A stretch of DNA of 64,000 bases, taken from positions 72,354,001-72,418,000 of the forward strand of contig OZ024740.1 in the NCBI GenBank assembly GCA_964016885.1, given 5' to 3'. Source of the stretch: Eledone cirrhosa (taxonomy: Eukaryota). Shown one piece after another: positions 49,045-63,310 of this stretch (position 1 is its first letter; every line of letters starts with the position of its first letter). The notes below the pieces were generated by a model that saw only the letters and a list, made by a program, of their open reading frames with translations, did no database searches and had not been told where the DNA came from. The translations under genes and the position numbers were made by a program.

Positions 49045-49320
49045 GACCAGGTCAGTTGACATATTGAGTAGGAGGTTGGAGAGGAAATAGTCCACACAAT
49101 TAGGTCAGTTGATATATTGGAGGGAACTGGAGGAGATATTAACCAACCAGATCAGGTGATATATTGGAGGGAACTGGAAGATATGAACTAAACAACCAGA
49201 TCAGTTGATATAATGTAGGGAACCGGAGGAGATATGAACCAACCAACCAGATCAGTTGATATATTGGAGGGTGATGGAGAAGACATTGTTCTCACAACCA
49301 GGTCAGTTGATATATGGTGG
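49045..49320. repeat. ~47-50-bp minisatellite
   Basis: Unit accagatcagttgatatattggagggaactggaggagatatgaacc. Confidence 0.85.
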
Positions 49321-51639
49321 GGAGGTGGTATGATTTAAATATATTTCTGATCCTGGTACTTCACAAACCAAGATAGACAGGGAAATTGAGTTTGTCAGTT
49401 TACGTATTTTTTCTATTTTGTTTTCCCATGCTGCCATGGGTTGGCCAGGTCTACTCCAATACCATTGTCACATTTAGTAGATACAGAGAAAACCATCAAT
49501 ATTTGTTTTTTTTTACAATTGGGTGCCCTCCTTGTTACTATGTAATTTAAAGCAAAGAATGGGTGTATTTTATGCCATCAGCACTATCCTGTATCGGTTA
49601 TTATTTAAAGTTACTGCACCCCTAGAGGGGTTGTTTTGCTGGGTGTGATTAGTGAAGAAACCTTTTGGTATACTGTTTTGGAGTGCCCAACTTCCTAGAC
49701 AGGTTGCCTTCCCTAGATCTGATAAAACTACATCTCTACACTGTAAAGCAGGGACTTTCTACTGCTGCTGAAAATAAAGGCTGTGGGGGTTACCAAGAGA
49801 ATATGTTGGTTTAAAGCTTACTACATCAAGTAGCATTCCACATCTACCCTGATTTATTCAAATGTACTACACTCCTAAATCAGGTATTCGCTTCAGCTTA
49901 TGGAGTCCACATCTCTGATTAGGGAAGAACCCTTTTCATCCATTGGTGGGCTGTTAAATTATCTTCTATAGATGAGATACCATGTCTTTGATATAAAGAG
50001 AAGGCTTAACTACTGTGGGAGCTGTCAGTGTCAGTCTTGAGTGGCTAGGAATAAATGTAGACTGAAAGAGATTACAGGCTAGTCAGAAAGGACTGTCGTC
50101 ATGTTTAGCTAGCTCAGGAAATTGTCTTTGTAGCTGATGCTACATCTGTAGATAACACCTCTGGGTTACTTGATTGACCACAACAAATGAGAAGACCTCT
50201 GCATGTAGCTTGATCTGCTTGAAAACAGGAACAAAATAATGTCTGGAAAGTCTGATTATAGATTGACTTGAGACTAAATAAATTACCTGATGCATGTAAC
50301 CAGCACATTGTATTACTGCAGTAAATATTTACAGTATCTGAATGACAGTCAAACTGCTTTCCTGATCTGTGTTCTCAATGGTTCTTCATATAAGTCTACA
50401 CCTCAATAGCTGATCTGTTGGATCCACTTAGGGTTGTCCTACACATTCTCTTCGCTAACATATCCATGCCTCACTTTTTCAGAATCAATGAGGTGGAGTG
50501 TGCCAATATCATTTCCTACATACTTTTTACCACTGACATATTGATACATTCAGAAGGAAAAGAAAGTAGTTTCTTTGGTCATGACTGACTGACCATGAGT
50601 TTTGCATTCCAAAAAGCACAGGCCTGGTCAAAGTGTTTTGTGGAAGGCCAACAGTCTCCTTTCTCCATGCCACATGTTGTCCAAGGCTGTTACACCTCAG
50701 CACTAGTGTCATCACAACTCATATTTTCCAGCTGAGTGAACTACAAAGTGAAGTACATCTTGCTCAAGGAATTGCATACTACCTGGTCAGGGAATTTAAC
50801 TCCTGATTCTGAGTCCAGCACGTTAACCACTAAGCCACACACCTTCATTAGCATAGAATATTAGTAAACCCTTTATTTTGGGTTCCACCATTCCATGCTA
50901 GACATTTATGGACACAGCATGGTTAAGAAGTTTGCTTCACACTCATTATGTCCCAGATTCAATCCTGCTGTGTAGCATTTTAGGCAGGTCTCATTTATCA
51001 TAGTCTAAAGCTGACCCATGCCTTGTGAGTGAAATTGGGTAGATGGACACTGTTTGGAAACCTGTATTTCAAAGAGCCAGCTTTGTCAGTGTCACATTCA
51101 ATGTCCCTGAGAATTATGTCAACAGTACACATGTTGGTAGAATGCTCAGCCACTCAAACAATAATTTCAAGAGCAGGCTATTCAGATAATTGAAACATTA
51201 ATCCTCGAAATAGAGATCCATTCCATACCTAGCTGTGATATATGCAGACGTTCACCTCACAACCACATGGTTTTGGCTTTGATTGGACACCTTGGTTAAG
51301 TTTGTATTGAAATAGTTGATATTAATATTACACTCTTCAAGCAAACTTTAGGACAAAAACTTCAAAGATTTCTCTAAGATAAATGTCATTTATCCTCCAT
51401 CATAACAGATGAACAACAATTCTCCCACCAGTACATGAACCGTTTGGTTTGTTAACACTTTCTTTACTGTATTTTTCATCATGAAAGATACTGCCTATCA
51501 TTTAAAAATAATTTGAAAAAAAAAAAAAAAAAATCAGGAATTTAATTTAAATAACTAAGTTTCTCATTATTAATCTAGTGTCCGGAACAAAGATTCTCCC
51601 AATAACTGTTGAAAATGTTTTTTTTCTTTCACACACACA

Positions 51640-53385
<1,746 letters not shown>

Positions 53386-54632
53386 GTGATGTATATATGT
53401 GTATGTGTGCACGTGTGTGTATGAGTGTGCATGTGTATGTACACATACATATATTGTATTGGAGAACCAGAAGTAGTTTCATGTGGTTCAGTATCAAAAG
53501 GGTTAAATATTTTGCTTTCATTTTCAGGAAACATTTAATATCACAGGAGATGTTTAATACATATATATTCCCCGAGTCTGACAGATTGTTTGCCTGATTA
53601 TAATAATAATAATGTCAAATGAAGAGGAAGGAACTACTAGAGGGAGCGTGTTTGTTTCAATTTATTAACCCTAATGACTGAAGGTTGAAGATGAAGTGTA
53701 GGAGGGAGGACACATTTACAAATTAAAACTTTGTATTTGAAGTATAATGTATGTACAATTGAACAGATTGATGTGAAGCATTTTAAACCTAGGTTTTATC
53801 ACAACATAGGAAAGCTTCATATAAGGTATTCATAGATTTCTAAGTGAAATGACAGATCGATATCTCAGATTTGTAGAAAGAAAAAAAAAGGACAACTAAA
53901 TGTCTTCATTGGAAAGTCAAAATGTAATCTTATTGGATTTTTTTTTCATTTCACTAGCCATATTCTCAGAGAAAGGAAAAGATGTTTCAAAAAAATTTCC
54001 TCAAACAAAAATTAATCTTTGGTTATTCTTACTTAGAAAAAATATATATATACACAGAAAGTTTAACTCACATGACCAAATTTCAATTAAGAATTTTGAT
54101 TTACTAAAATAGTAACTTAACACATGGTTCTAATATAAAATTATATTAGATTTTAATTTATCTAGGAATCCTTTAAAATGGATGGTTTTGGCAGATTGGT
54201 ATTAAAAGGGGTTAAAGTTACTTCCTCTGTATCCAATAATCACCATTTAAATTGTACTTTAGTTCTTTTATAATTTTTTCCAGCAGAATAATATACTCTG
54301 CTTATAATGAAACATTCATAAAAAAAAAAAAAAACGTTTGGTAAACATAATTCAATGGAACCACATTATTCAATCATTCCTCTTGTAAAGACTAAGTTAA
54401 CCTTTCAGAAGTATAATTTAAAAAAAAAAAAATTACATTATGGATTCACAGTTTCTTATGAATGATATTTAAATCAAGATGCAATGTTAAAAAGGTAAAA
54501 AATACCTTTTAAATTCAGGTGTATACATTATTAAAATCTATATATAATTTATGCATGATTAAACTTAATACATTTACAAGCCTTTTTCTTTTTTATTATT
54601 TTCTAATTGTAAATGTATTAGTTAAGTTGATC

Positions 54633-54636
<4 letters not shown>

Positions 54637-54694
<58 letters not shown>
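54637..54694. repeat. (TG)n microsatellite
   Basis: Pure TG run. Confidence 0.95.
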
Positions 54695-54701
<7 letters not shown>

Positions 54702-55894
54702 ATTAGTAGTAGCAATAACACACTGTGGTTCAAAAAAGCATATATGGATCCATATACTATATGTTTATATATAATATACAAATAATCTCACTGATATATG
54801 CTTTTACTACACATACATACCATATATATTGTTATATATATTTATATATATGAAGTAATTCCGTCGGAACTGTAGAGTGCTCAACTAATCGGGCTGGAAA
54901 GTGCCAATCATATATGTTGTAGAGTGCTCAACTAATACACACACACACACATTATATATATATATATATATATACATAACTATATATATATATATATATG
55001 TATATATGTGTGTGTGTATAGCTCAATTGATAAATTGAAGTAAAACAAAATATAAATGAAATCTTTAAATTTTTCATTGACTTACTACACTAGTGGAATG
55101 ATATTTCAAATGTTCATGTCTGCCTGAATTATTAAAGCAAGTGGTGTAAGTATATGCCCTATCTTACAACACCCACTGAATTTCACCTAGGCAAAGAGTA
55201 AAATATTTTGTCTAAGGGTATACCTTTAATATTACAACTAATGCTATTAATATTGTAATGGAATTTAAACTGATCATGCATAAAATATTGTACTAAAATA
55301 AATATTAATATACAATTGAATTGCCTATGAAAACGTAAGGTAAATATGAAATGTTTTGCTTTGCAAAGCCAGCACAATACACGTTAACATCACCATTTAA
55401 AACCTGTTTATCCTACTAGCTAGTATTTAACACGTTAGCTATAAAATAGTTGAATAAATTGAGGAAATAACCTCTCGAGATGGATTTATTTACTTATTTT
55501 ATATTTAACTTGTGTTGTGTTAGCTTTGCAAAGCAAATCAAATTTTCATATATTATTATATATATAAAAAGATCGTTTGGCGACTAAGATACACAGAAAT
55601 ACATATGACACTGCCAAGGAAAATCAAGAAAAGTCTTAATTTAAAACTGATAGAGAAATAAATATAAATAAAAGAGATATAATCTGATTTCCTAAGTAAA
55701 TTTAACCAAATATCATCCAAAACCCAACTTCTTGCCAAAATAATCTCTTCGTAAAAATAGTTACAATCAGTTTTGCCTACAAATCACAAAAGTAAGCTTC
55801 CAATTGTGAAAATGCCAAACGTCATTTCTGTTGACAGGAATGCTATCTTATATACATACATACATTCATAAGGTTTCTGTGTGTATGTATGTAC

Positions 55895-55979
<85 letters not shown>

Positions 55980-56043
55980 CTCATTGGTCAAGCAGGCTAT
56001 GAGTATACTTTGACATATACAAATCAACAGTTTGATGTTAAAG

Positions 56044-56181
56044 CTATTCACATAGCTTACTTTCAGCCATGTTGGCATACTCTTTCATAATATCTAACAG
56101 GTCATTTGCTATGTCCTCTTGTGTTGTGAACCGTACCTTTTCAAAGCTAAAGATGTCTTTGATGAAATTATACACTATATC
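56044..56181 (-). CDS. MIGA: Mitoguardin last coding exon (DIVYNFIKDIFSFEKVRFTTQEDIANDLLDIMKEYANMAESKLCE*)
   Basis: MIGA C-terminal 'D.F....VR.T....LA.D' motif; ctttacAG acceptor. Confidence 0.9.
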   Translation of the reverse strand, partial: DIVYNFIKDIFSFEKVRFTTQEDIANDLLDIMKEYANMAESKLCE

Positions 56182-57214
56182 CTGTAAAGAAAAGAAAAAA
56201 ACAAAACCAATGTTAAGTTTTAAACAAAGCATAACAATTCTTTAAGAAAATGTTTTTCTCAACCTAACTTAACTCTTAACATCCTAAAATGAATTAGCAG
56301 AAAATATTTAAAAACAGGTTTATTAATTCAAATGTTTGTAGTACCTTTACTAGTGAACCTTTTTAGTATTATTTCTTAACATCCTGTAAGGATTTAAAAG
56401 AAAATATCTAAAAACAGGTTTGTTAATTCAAATGTTTATAGTATCTTTATTAATAGACTCATTGTGAAAAGTTGCAGTATTAACTTGTAACATCCTGCAA
56501 TGATTTAGTAGAAAATATCTAAAACCAATTCAAATGTTTATAGTATATTTACTAAAGGACAGATTGTTTTGAAACTTTTCAGTGTTGTACATTTCAAAAA
56601 TGTAGTTTTATGCAACACAGAATATCAAGAGTTAACATACTGCTAAACCTTTTGATACCAACTCATCCAAAACCAGCTCTGGTTCTATGAAACAAAACCA
56701 CCCATGGTTCCTATTTAAATTAAAATCTTCCAACATAGTTTTATATAAAAAAAAACAGTCCATTATGTTACAAAAGAAAATGGTTTTATTAAATGCCTCC
56801 AAATTCTCCATTAATTAATTGAAATACAATGTCATTCAAAATATGGTAATAAAAGTTTAAAAGGGGCAACAAATGAAGTCTACCACCCAAATAAGTCTCA
56901 GTGAAATAGAAATACCAGAAGATGTTTCATCCAATGCTCAGGTCTGCTACTTCATTTGATCAACTCCCAAAATAGACAAAATCCAAGTTGAGCTCAGTGA
57001 GACTTTTGCATTATTAAGCTGGTGTAACTTGAAGTGTAACTTTAAAATTTTCTCAGGAAATTATGGTTGAAGGTTTAAATAATATATGTAGCTTTGTAGC
57101 TTAGATAGCCTAGGACGAGGGATAGTTTTAGGTGGTTTAGTATCAGAAGAATTAAACTAAACAGCTTTGTATCATAGGACCAGGGATGGTTTCATGTGGT
57201 TTATATCAAAAGAA

Positions 57215-57409
57215 TTAACCCTTTAGCATTTACATTACTCTATATTTACTATTGTATTTTCACAGTAAACACTTTCACATAATATTGAATCTATGAGATT
57301 GATATTTATTTTGAGAACAATACTTTAACATAAGTATAAGCAGCCAGTTACAGTCAGTTTGAATAGAAAGAGGTGAGAGAATTCTGGACAGATATGGGTA
57401 AAGGGTTAA
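57215..57409 (+). mobile_element. piggyBac-type MITE
   Basis: TTAACCCTTTA...TAAAGGGTTAA; related copies at ~15110-15325 and ~19790-19955 (-). Confidence 0.75.
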
Positions 57410-57425
57410 ACAGTTACAGACATAC

Positions 57426-57542
57426 CTTAAATGAGCAGCAAATAGTTTTTAAATTTGAGCGTGGGCCAAGCAGACCCCACACAAGAACTGGAGTAATTAG
57501 TTCAGAGATGGAATAGAAGTTAGATATAAAACCATGTGGGAA
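57426..57542 (-). CDS. MIGA: Mitoguardin exon (FPHGFISNFYSISELITPVLVWGLLGPRSNLKTICCSFK)
   Basis: MIGA 'GFI..FY..SE...PVL..G.LGP' motif; tttttcAG / GTATGT. Confidence 0.93.
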
Positions 57543-58702
57543 CTGAAAAAGAAATTTTTTTTCATGTGAAAAGCATCTCTAAAAAATGCTTCTAATTTAT
57601 AAAATAGATACATTTAATATGTAATAATATCAAATCAAGAACTTTTAACAATTTACATGACAACCTCACTATTTGCATGATCATTTTCATGTCAAAATAT
57701 ATTTTTTTCCGCAGAATTGAAATTTCTGGATGTGAACTTTTTTCTCATACTTTTGATCAAAATCTGACACAAACCACGCCACATCCCCATCGATTTACAA
57801 CTTTTATCCCATTTTCGTTTTTGACTGCTGAACCATAACGCTAGTTCTAGTTCAATGTGTTGAAAATGATAGTCACAAAGAGGACTTTTTTTCTTTATTT
57901 TGATAATTGGCCAGATAATTATGAAATATAAAAGTGGAAACTTTATCGGTAATTTACACTTAGAAAAGAACATTGTGAGAATTTTTTCTTTCTTATAGTA
58001 TAAAAATCTTGAAGACAAATTCAATACAGCCATTGCCAATTCTGGCCACAAGATGGCACAAAAGTGCAAAGTCAATAAAAAAGGGAATACGATGGGTGTT
58101 AGTAACACATATTGATGTTACTTGTCGAAATGGGGTATTCCTATGCAGCAAGAGCTGAAGAGGAACACAAATTGAAGGATTATCGAGTTGTCATATTTCC
58201 TAAACTATTCATCCAAATTTCAAACATTAGGTATCAAAATGTTTCTTTTTGGATGCTCTCCAAGAAGAAGGACAGTAGAAGTTGGATTTAAATATTTTCA
58301 AAAATTCTAGTGATACCTACTAGGACAGTAGCTCTATTAAAGTATTGACTTGGTCTGTAATTATCCAACCAACCCATATGCCAACATGGAGAAACTGGTC
58401 ATAAAATGACAATATGGATATTTGATGAATTGTGAATGTTTTGAAATTCTTTTTAATACAACAATACTGATTTTGTTTTTACAGTCAATTGGAGCAATGT
58501 GAAATAAAGTTTCTTGCTCAAGGACACAAGCTACCTGCTCATGGAACTTATGATCACGAGTCTAAAACATTAACCACCGGCCTATCATGAAGCCAATGAA
58601 TTTAAACCACTGAACGTTTAACATAACCAAGTAGAGGCTAATACCACAGAAAAACATGCGAATTGTCTGAGATGGTTACAGACGAAATATCAGTTTATTT
58701 AC

Positions 58703-58756
58703 CTTTAACATTCTTCTTTTAGCTTTTAGAACTGACCACACAGCTGTAGAAAGTGC
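58703..58756 (-). CDS. MIGA: Mitoguardin exon (ALSTAVWSVLKAKRRMLK)
   Basis: MIGA 'WSVLKAKRR' motif; ttttgcAG / GTAAAT. Confidence 0.93.
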
Positions 58757-59005
58757 CTGCAAAACAAGTACAATATATATATATAAAAGGAACGATCGAC
58801 TTTCGTCAAATCGGACCAAGGAAACAATGTTTCCATTGGTCTTTCCAATTGCTAATAATATCTATCGGTCACAAATCCAGGTAGAAGGAGCAATGTGAAA
58901 CAAAGCGTCTTGCTCAAGGACATAACGCACCACCCAGTCCTTGAATCGAACTCACAACCTCACGATTGCAAATCCAATTCTCTAACTACTCAGCCACACG
59001 CCTTT

Positions 59006-59132
<127 letters not shown>

Positions 59133-59228
59133 GTGTGTGCATGTGTAAAAGGTAAACAGAAATAACACAATCGGTACAGTATATGGAAGGAATATATTAG
59201 TTTAACACTTAAAATACCAGGAAGAAGG

Positions 59229-59264
59229 TCTTAACGTTTCGGACACTAGTCCTTCATCAGAAGA
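59229..59264 (-). ncRNA. Minimal type-I hammerhead ribozyme motif (Penelope-like)
   Basis: Minus strand TCTT-CTGATGA-A-GGAC(TAGT)GTCC-GAA-ACGT-T-AAGA: full core, 4-bp helix I, 4-bp helix II, palindromic ACGT helix III. Confidence 0.7.
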
Positions 59265-59474
59265 AAGAATGAGAAAGACTGAAGAGACGGGCAGAACAGA
59301 ATCAGAAAAAAATATTTTAAAATGAATGAATAAAATTTTATATATGTTTTGTGATGTTGTAAAACTATTATTACTGGAAATTTACAAATTAGATTGAACC
59401 GTCTTTTGCCAATCTTACTGTGGATAATAAAATCACATTCGAGCTTTGAATATCTCTCTGCCTTATATAATACA

Positions 59475-62135
59475 AACGTCAGGAAAATGAACAGTGCATG
59501 AGTCATGATATACACGTGTGCATGTGTATGGAAGGGGTACATCAGGTGTAGTTTTGGCGAATTTCGGGAAGCATGAAGGTTTTAAAGGATGCAGTGTCTC
59601 AGCAGCTAACAACTGACGCAGGCAGTTTGTTCCATGCTTCAGCAACTCTGAGCGTGAAAAAATGTTTCCGAAAGTCATGGGAGCTGTGCTGTTTTCTGAT
59701 TTTGTAGGCATGTCCACGTGTGTTAGACACATGGAGATCAAAAAGGTGCTCAGGGTTGTTGGCGAGTTGATTAATAACTTTGTTACTGTTTACCAAGTCC
59801 ATTGCCAGACGTCGGAGCTTCAATGAATCCATGCCCAGGGAAGCAAGGCGTTCAGAGTATGGTAGGTGTCTGATGGAGGGTATGCGCTTGGTTGCACGTC
59901 TCTCAACAGTTTCTAGGAGGTCAATGTTCTGAGCAAGATAGGGATTCCATACTGATGATGCGAATTCCAAGTGTGGTCGTACCATAGCTGTATACAGCTT
60001 TAAATAGATGGCTGGAGAGCGGCTAACAAAGGTCTTGCTGAGTGATGCCAATACACCCTCGGCCTTCTTGACAATCTTAGAGGCATGCTTTGTCCAACGC
60101 AAATCGCTGCTGACAGTAATGCCCAGGTCACATTCACAAGAGGACTTCTTGATATCAGTGTTGTGGAGGGAGTATGTGGATGCTGGATTTTTCCTCCCAA
60201 AATGCATGGTGGGACACTTGTCCACAGCCAGCTTCAGTTGCCAGTCTGTGATCCATTGCTGCATTGTGTCCAGGTCTGATTGTAGGAAAGAGTTGTAGAT
60301 TTCAGGATCAGTCCATTTGATTTCAAGGTACAGCTTGATGTCATCTGCATATTTCAGTACTGTGGCATTCTGTAAGTTGGCATCTATGTTATTAATATAT
60401 GCCACAAACAAAAGGGGACCAAGAACAGATCCCTGTGGTACACTAGATGACATCACATATGGTGAAGAATGCTGTCCTAGAACCGTGACTACCTCTTTTC
60501 GGCTGAGAATGAAGGATTTCAACCAGTTAAAAAGATCATCCCTCACACACATTGCATAGAGTTTTGCCATAAGTCTTTTGTGTGGTACAGAATTAAAAGC
60601 CTTAGTGAAGTCAAGGTAAACAACATCCACCCATGAGCCGCTGTCAGTGATCCGGGTAATGTCTTCAAGGAATTCGATAAGCTGATCACAGCAACTGGAG
60701 TTAGGGATAAATTCAAATTGCGAGGGCCGGATGAGGCTGTGAGAGCTCCAGAAGTTCCAAAGTGTTTCTCTGACACAGGATTCCATCAGTTTGGCAATAC
60801 AGCTAGTAAGACTGACTGGACGATAGTTGACAGGTGACGCGTGGTCACCCTTTTTGAACAGGGGAATGACACTGGCAGTTTTCCACTGTTCCAGAGTAGC
60901 ACCAATGTTGAGACAGTATTGAAAGAAGAAAGAAAGCTGATGCAAAAGGAAGTACCCGCCACGTTTGAGAAGCAGGTATGTAACACCATTAAGACCAGGG
61001 GAGGCATAGTTGCGCTTATTCTTAAGGTGACGTCGCAACATTGCAGGTGTAAATTCCATAGTTCTTATGGAATTTGATGTTAGAGATGGTGGAGATGGTA
61101 CATTCTGGTTTTCAACAGTAAAAATGCTTGCATAGCACTCAGCAATGAGTTCTGCACATTCTTTGGGATCATCAGTGATCTGGCTTGTGTGGGGATTACG
61201 AAGCGGACCAACTGGAGAGTGAGGCCTCTGCTTTGAATAAACATATTTCCAGAACACCTTACTGTCAGGATTGGTTGCTATGCACTGTTCAAATTCAAGC
61301 ACTGCCTTTTTTGTCACTTGCTTTAGATGGTTGGAAGATTTATTCCGCTTTTTTCTGTTGGCATCTGATTTATGCAGTTTATATTCCCGTTCAGTGTTCC
61401 AACGTTCTTTCCTGGCAAGTCAGACCGCTGAAATTGCCCTTTTGGGGTGGGGGGTTTTTCTGCTTACATGGCACTGATGCTGCACACGCTATCCATATTG
61501 AGTCCAGGATGCTCTGGAGTATAGTTATAGAACTCTTGCCAGTTTGGGCACTGTAGCTCAGTGCAGTACAAGTTCCAATCTGCTTTCTTCCAATCAAAGC
61601 AAGCAGATTGGAGATGGTTCTGGTTTTTGTTGCTGCCCACAAGAGCCAGATTGGCAATGATCATAGCATGATCAGAGTCGCCTAGAGGTTCCTCAGTAGT
61701 ACAACTGATAACCACTTCAGGAGTAGTGGTGAAGATCAGGTCCAAAGTGTTGTCACCTCTTGTTGGAGAAGTCACTACTTGTGACCAGTTTGAATCCAGC
61801 ACTAGCTCAAGGAAATCGTTTGCACTTTGTGGCCAACGAAAGGTTTCCCAATCGATCTCAGGATGATTGAAGTCACCTGCAATAAACACAGAAGTGGCTG
61901 TTTTCTTGGCAGCAGCAGCTGAAGATATCGCAAAGCTGTGTGTCCTGATGGTAGTTTGGGGGCGATAAACAACACCAAGCAGAAGTGTTGACATGGTCAT
62001 ATGTATGTCACAAAAAAAAACTTCTTGTGATTCGTTCAAATCAACGCAAGGAATTACCGAAAAGCTTGAACGAACGTAGACCATCACACCACCACCACGG
62101 CGATTAATGCAGTCCTTGCGGAAAAGGTTGTACTC
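59475..62135 (-). mobile_element. 5'-truncated CR1-group LINE (APE + 572-aa RT ORF) in a MIGA intron
   Basis: AGDFNHPEIDW, TLDLIFT, SDH (APE); NYRPVSLTS, YLDFTKAF, VPQGSVLGP, YADD, RPHLEFASSVWNP; frameshifts near 61300-61660. Confidence 0.93.
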
Positions 62136-62155
62136 GATATAATATGCACTTACAA

Positions 62156-62213
<58 letters not shown>

Positions 62214-62276
62214 TTCTAAGTGCATATTATATCTATAATATATATATATATATATATCTATAATATATATATATAT

Positions 62277-62310
<34 letters not shown>

Positions 62311-62399
62311 ACAGGTACAACATAAATTTCCCATTACCCTTAGTTTCAGAGCTGTATTGGATTATCTATTTTACCAAACTAAATAATTCACTAGGTTTA

Positions 62400-62842
62400 A
62401 CACCTGTGGACACGCTTACAAAATCAGAAAACAGTACAGCTCTCATGACATTCGGAAGCATTTTTTCACGCTCAGAATTGCTGAAGCATGGAACTACCTG
62501 TATCAGTTGTTAGTTGTCGGGACACTGCATCCTTCAAAACTTCCAAGCTTCCCAAAATTTGCCAACACTACACCCGATATTCCCTTTCCATACACGTGTG
62601 TGCGTGCGCATGTGTGCGTGCGTGCGTGCGTGCGTGCGCGTGTGTGTCTGTGTGTCATAATCACCAAATAGTGAGAGCTCTATTGTCCGGTGTGACGTTA
62701 TAATCACCAAGTGGTGAGAGAGCTCTATATCATGACTCATACACTTTCCTGACATTTGTGCATTATTCTATGTACTATACATGCACCTTTATGAGTTGTA
62801 GTGCACCTGAGCACTACACAATAGTTTTCATTATTATTATAA
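62400..62842 (+). mobile_element. 3' fragment of the same CR1-group LINE, opposite orientation, with (ATT)n tail
   Basis: High similarity to the reverse complement of 59475-59720 (ttcacgctcaga.ttgctgaagcatggaac...gacactgcatcctt). Confidence 0.85.
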
Positions 62843-63175
62843 ATATATTACAAAGTCTGAAACACTATGAAGGTGCAAATATTTAGAATTAAGTGTGATT
62901 CTATAAGTATTGGGAAATTTGAAAATATAGTTGCCACAATGCAGACAACTAATAGTTGAATAATGCACCCAGTACACTCCATAAGATGGTTGGTGTTAGG
63001 AAGGGCATGTAGTCATAGAAACTTTGTCAAATATGGAACATAACAAGCAAGAGGTCACTAACCCATCTTATCCCAAACTATGACAACCCATCAAACTCAT
63101 GACAGCATGAAAAATAGGGGTAGGGTGCTTATAATCAAGTATATACAGTGATATGATAGACTGATGGTTTCTTAC

Positions 63176-63310
63176 AGTTTCTTTAAATCCACTTGATAAC
63201 CACTGGTTCTGGACCACAGCAACTACAGACTTCGGGGGACTTTCTAGATCATCGAATGCATCCAGCAGTATAAAGTCTAATAACACATCATAGAAAGTGC
63301 ATTTTTTCAC
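63176..63310 (-). CDS. MIGA: Mitoguardin exon (VKKCTFYDVLLDFILLDAFDDLESPPKSVVAVVQNQWLSSGFKET)
   Basis: Matches the MIGA/FAM73 motif F.D..LDFIL.DAF.DLE.PP.SV.AV..N.WLS..FKET; ttttcAG / GTAAGA on the - strand. Confidence 0.93.

Noticed and set aside
57692-58108. 138-aa ORF on the MIGA strand
   Set aside because: The flanking MIGA exons already join without a gap in the conserved protein, and I recognise no domain; probably decayed repeat.
59599-61317. Active autonomous LINE
   Set aside because: 5'-truncated, endonuclease and RT in different frames, conserved residues altered, 3' tail missing.
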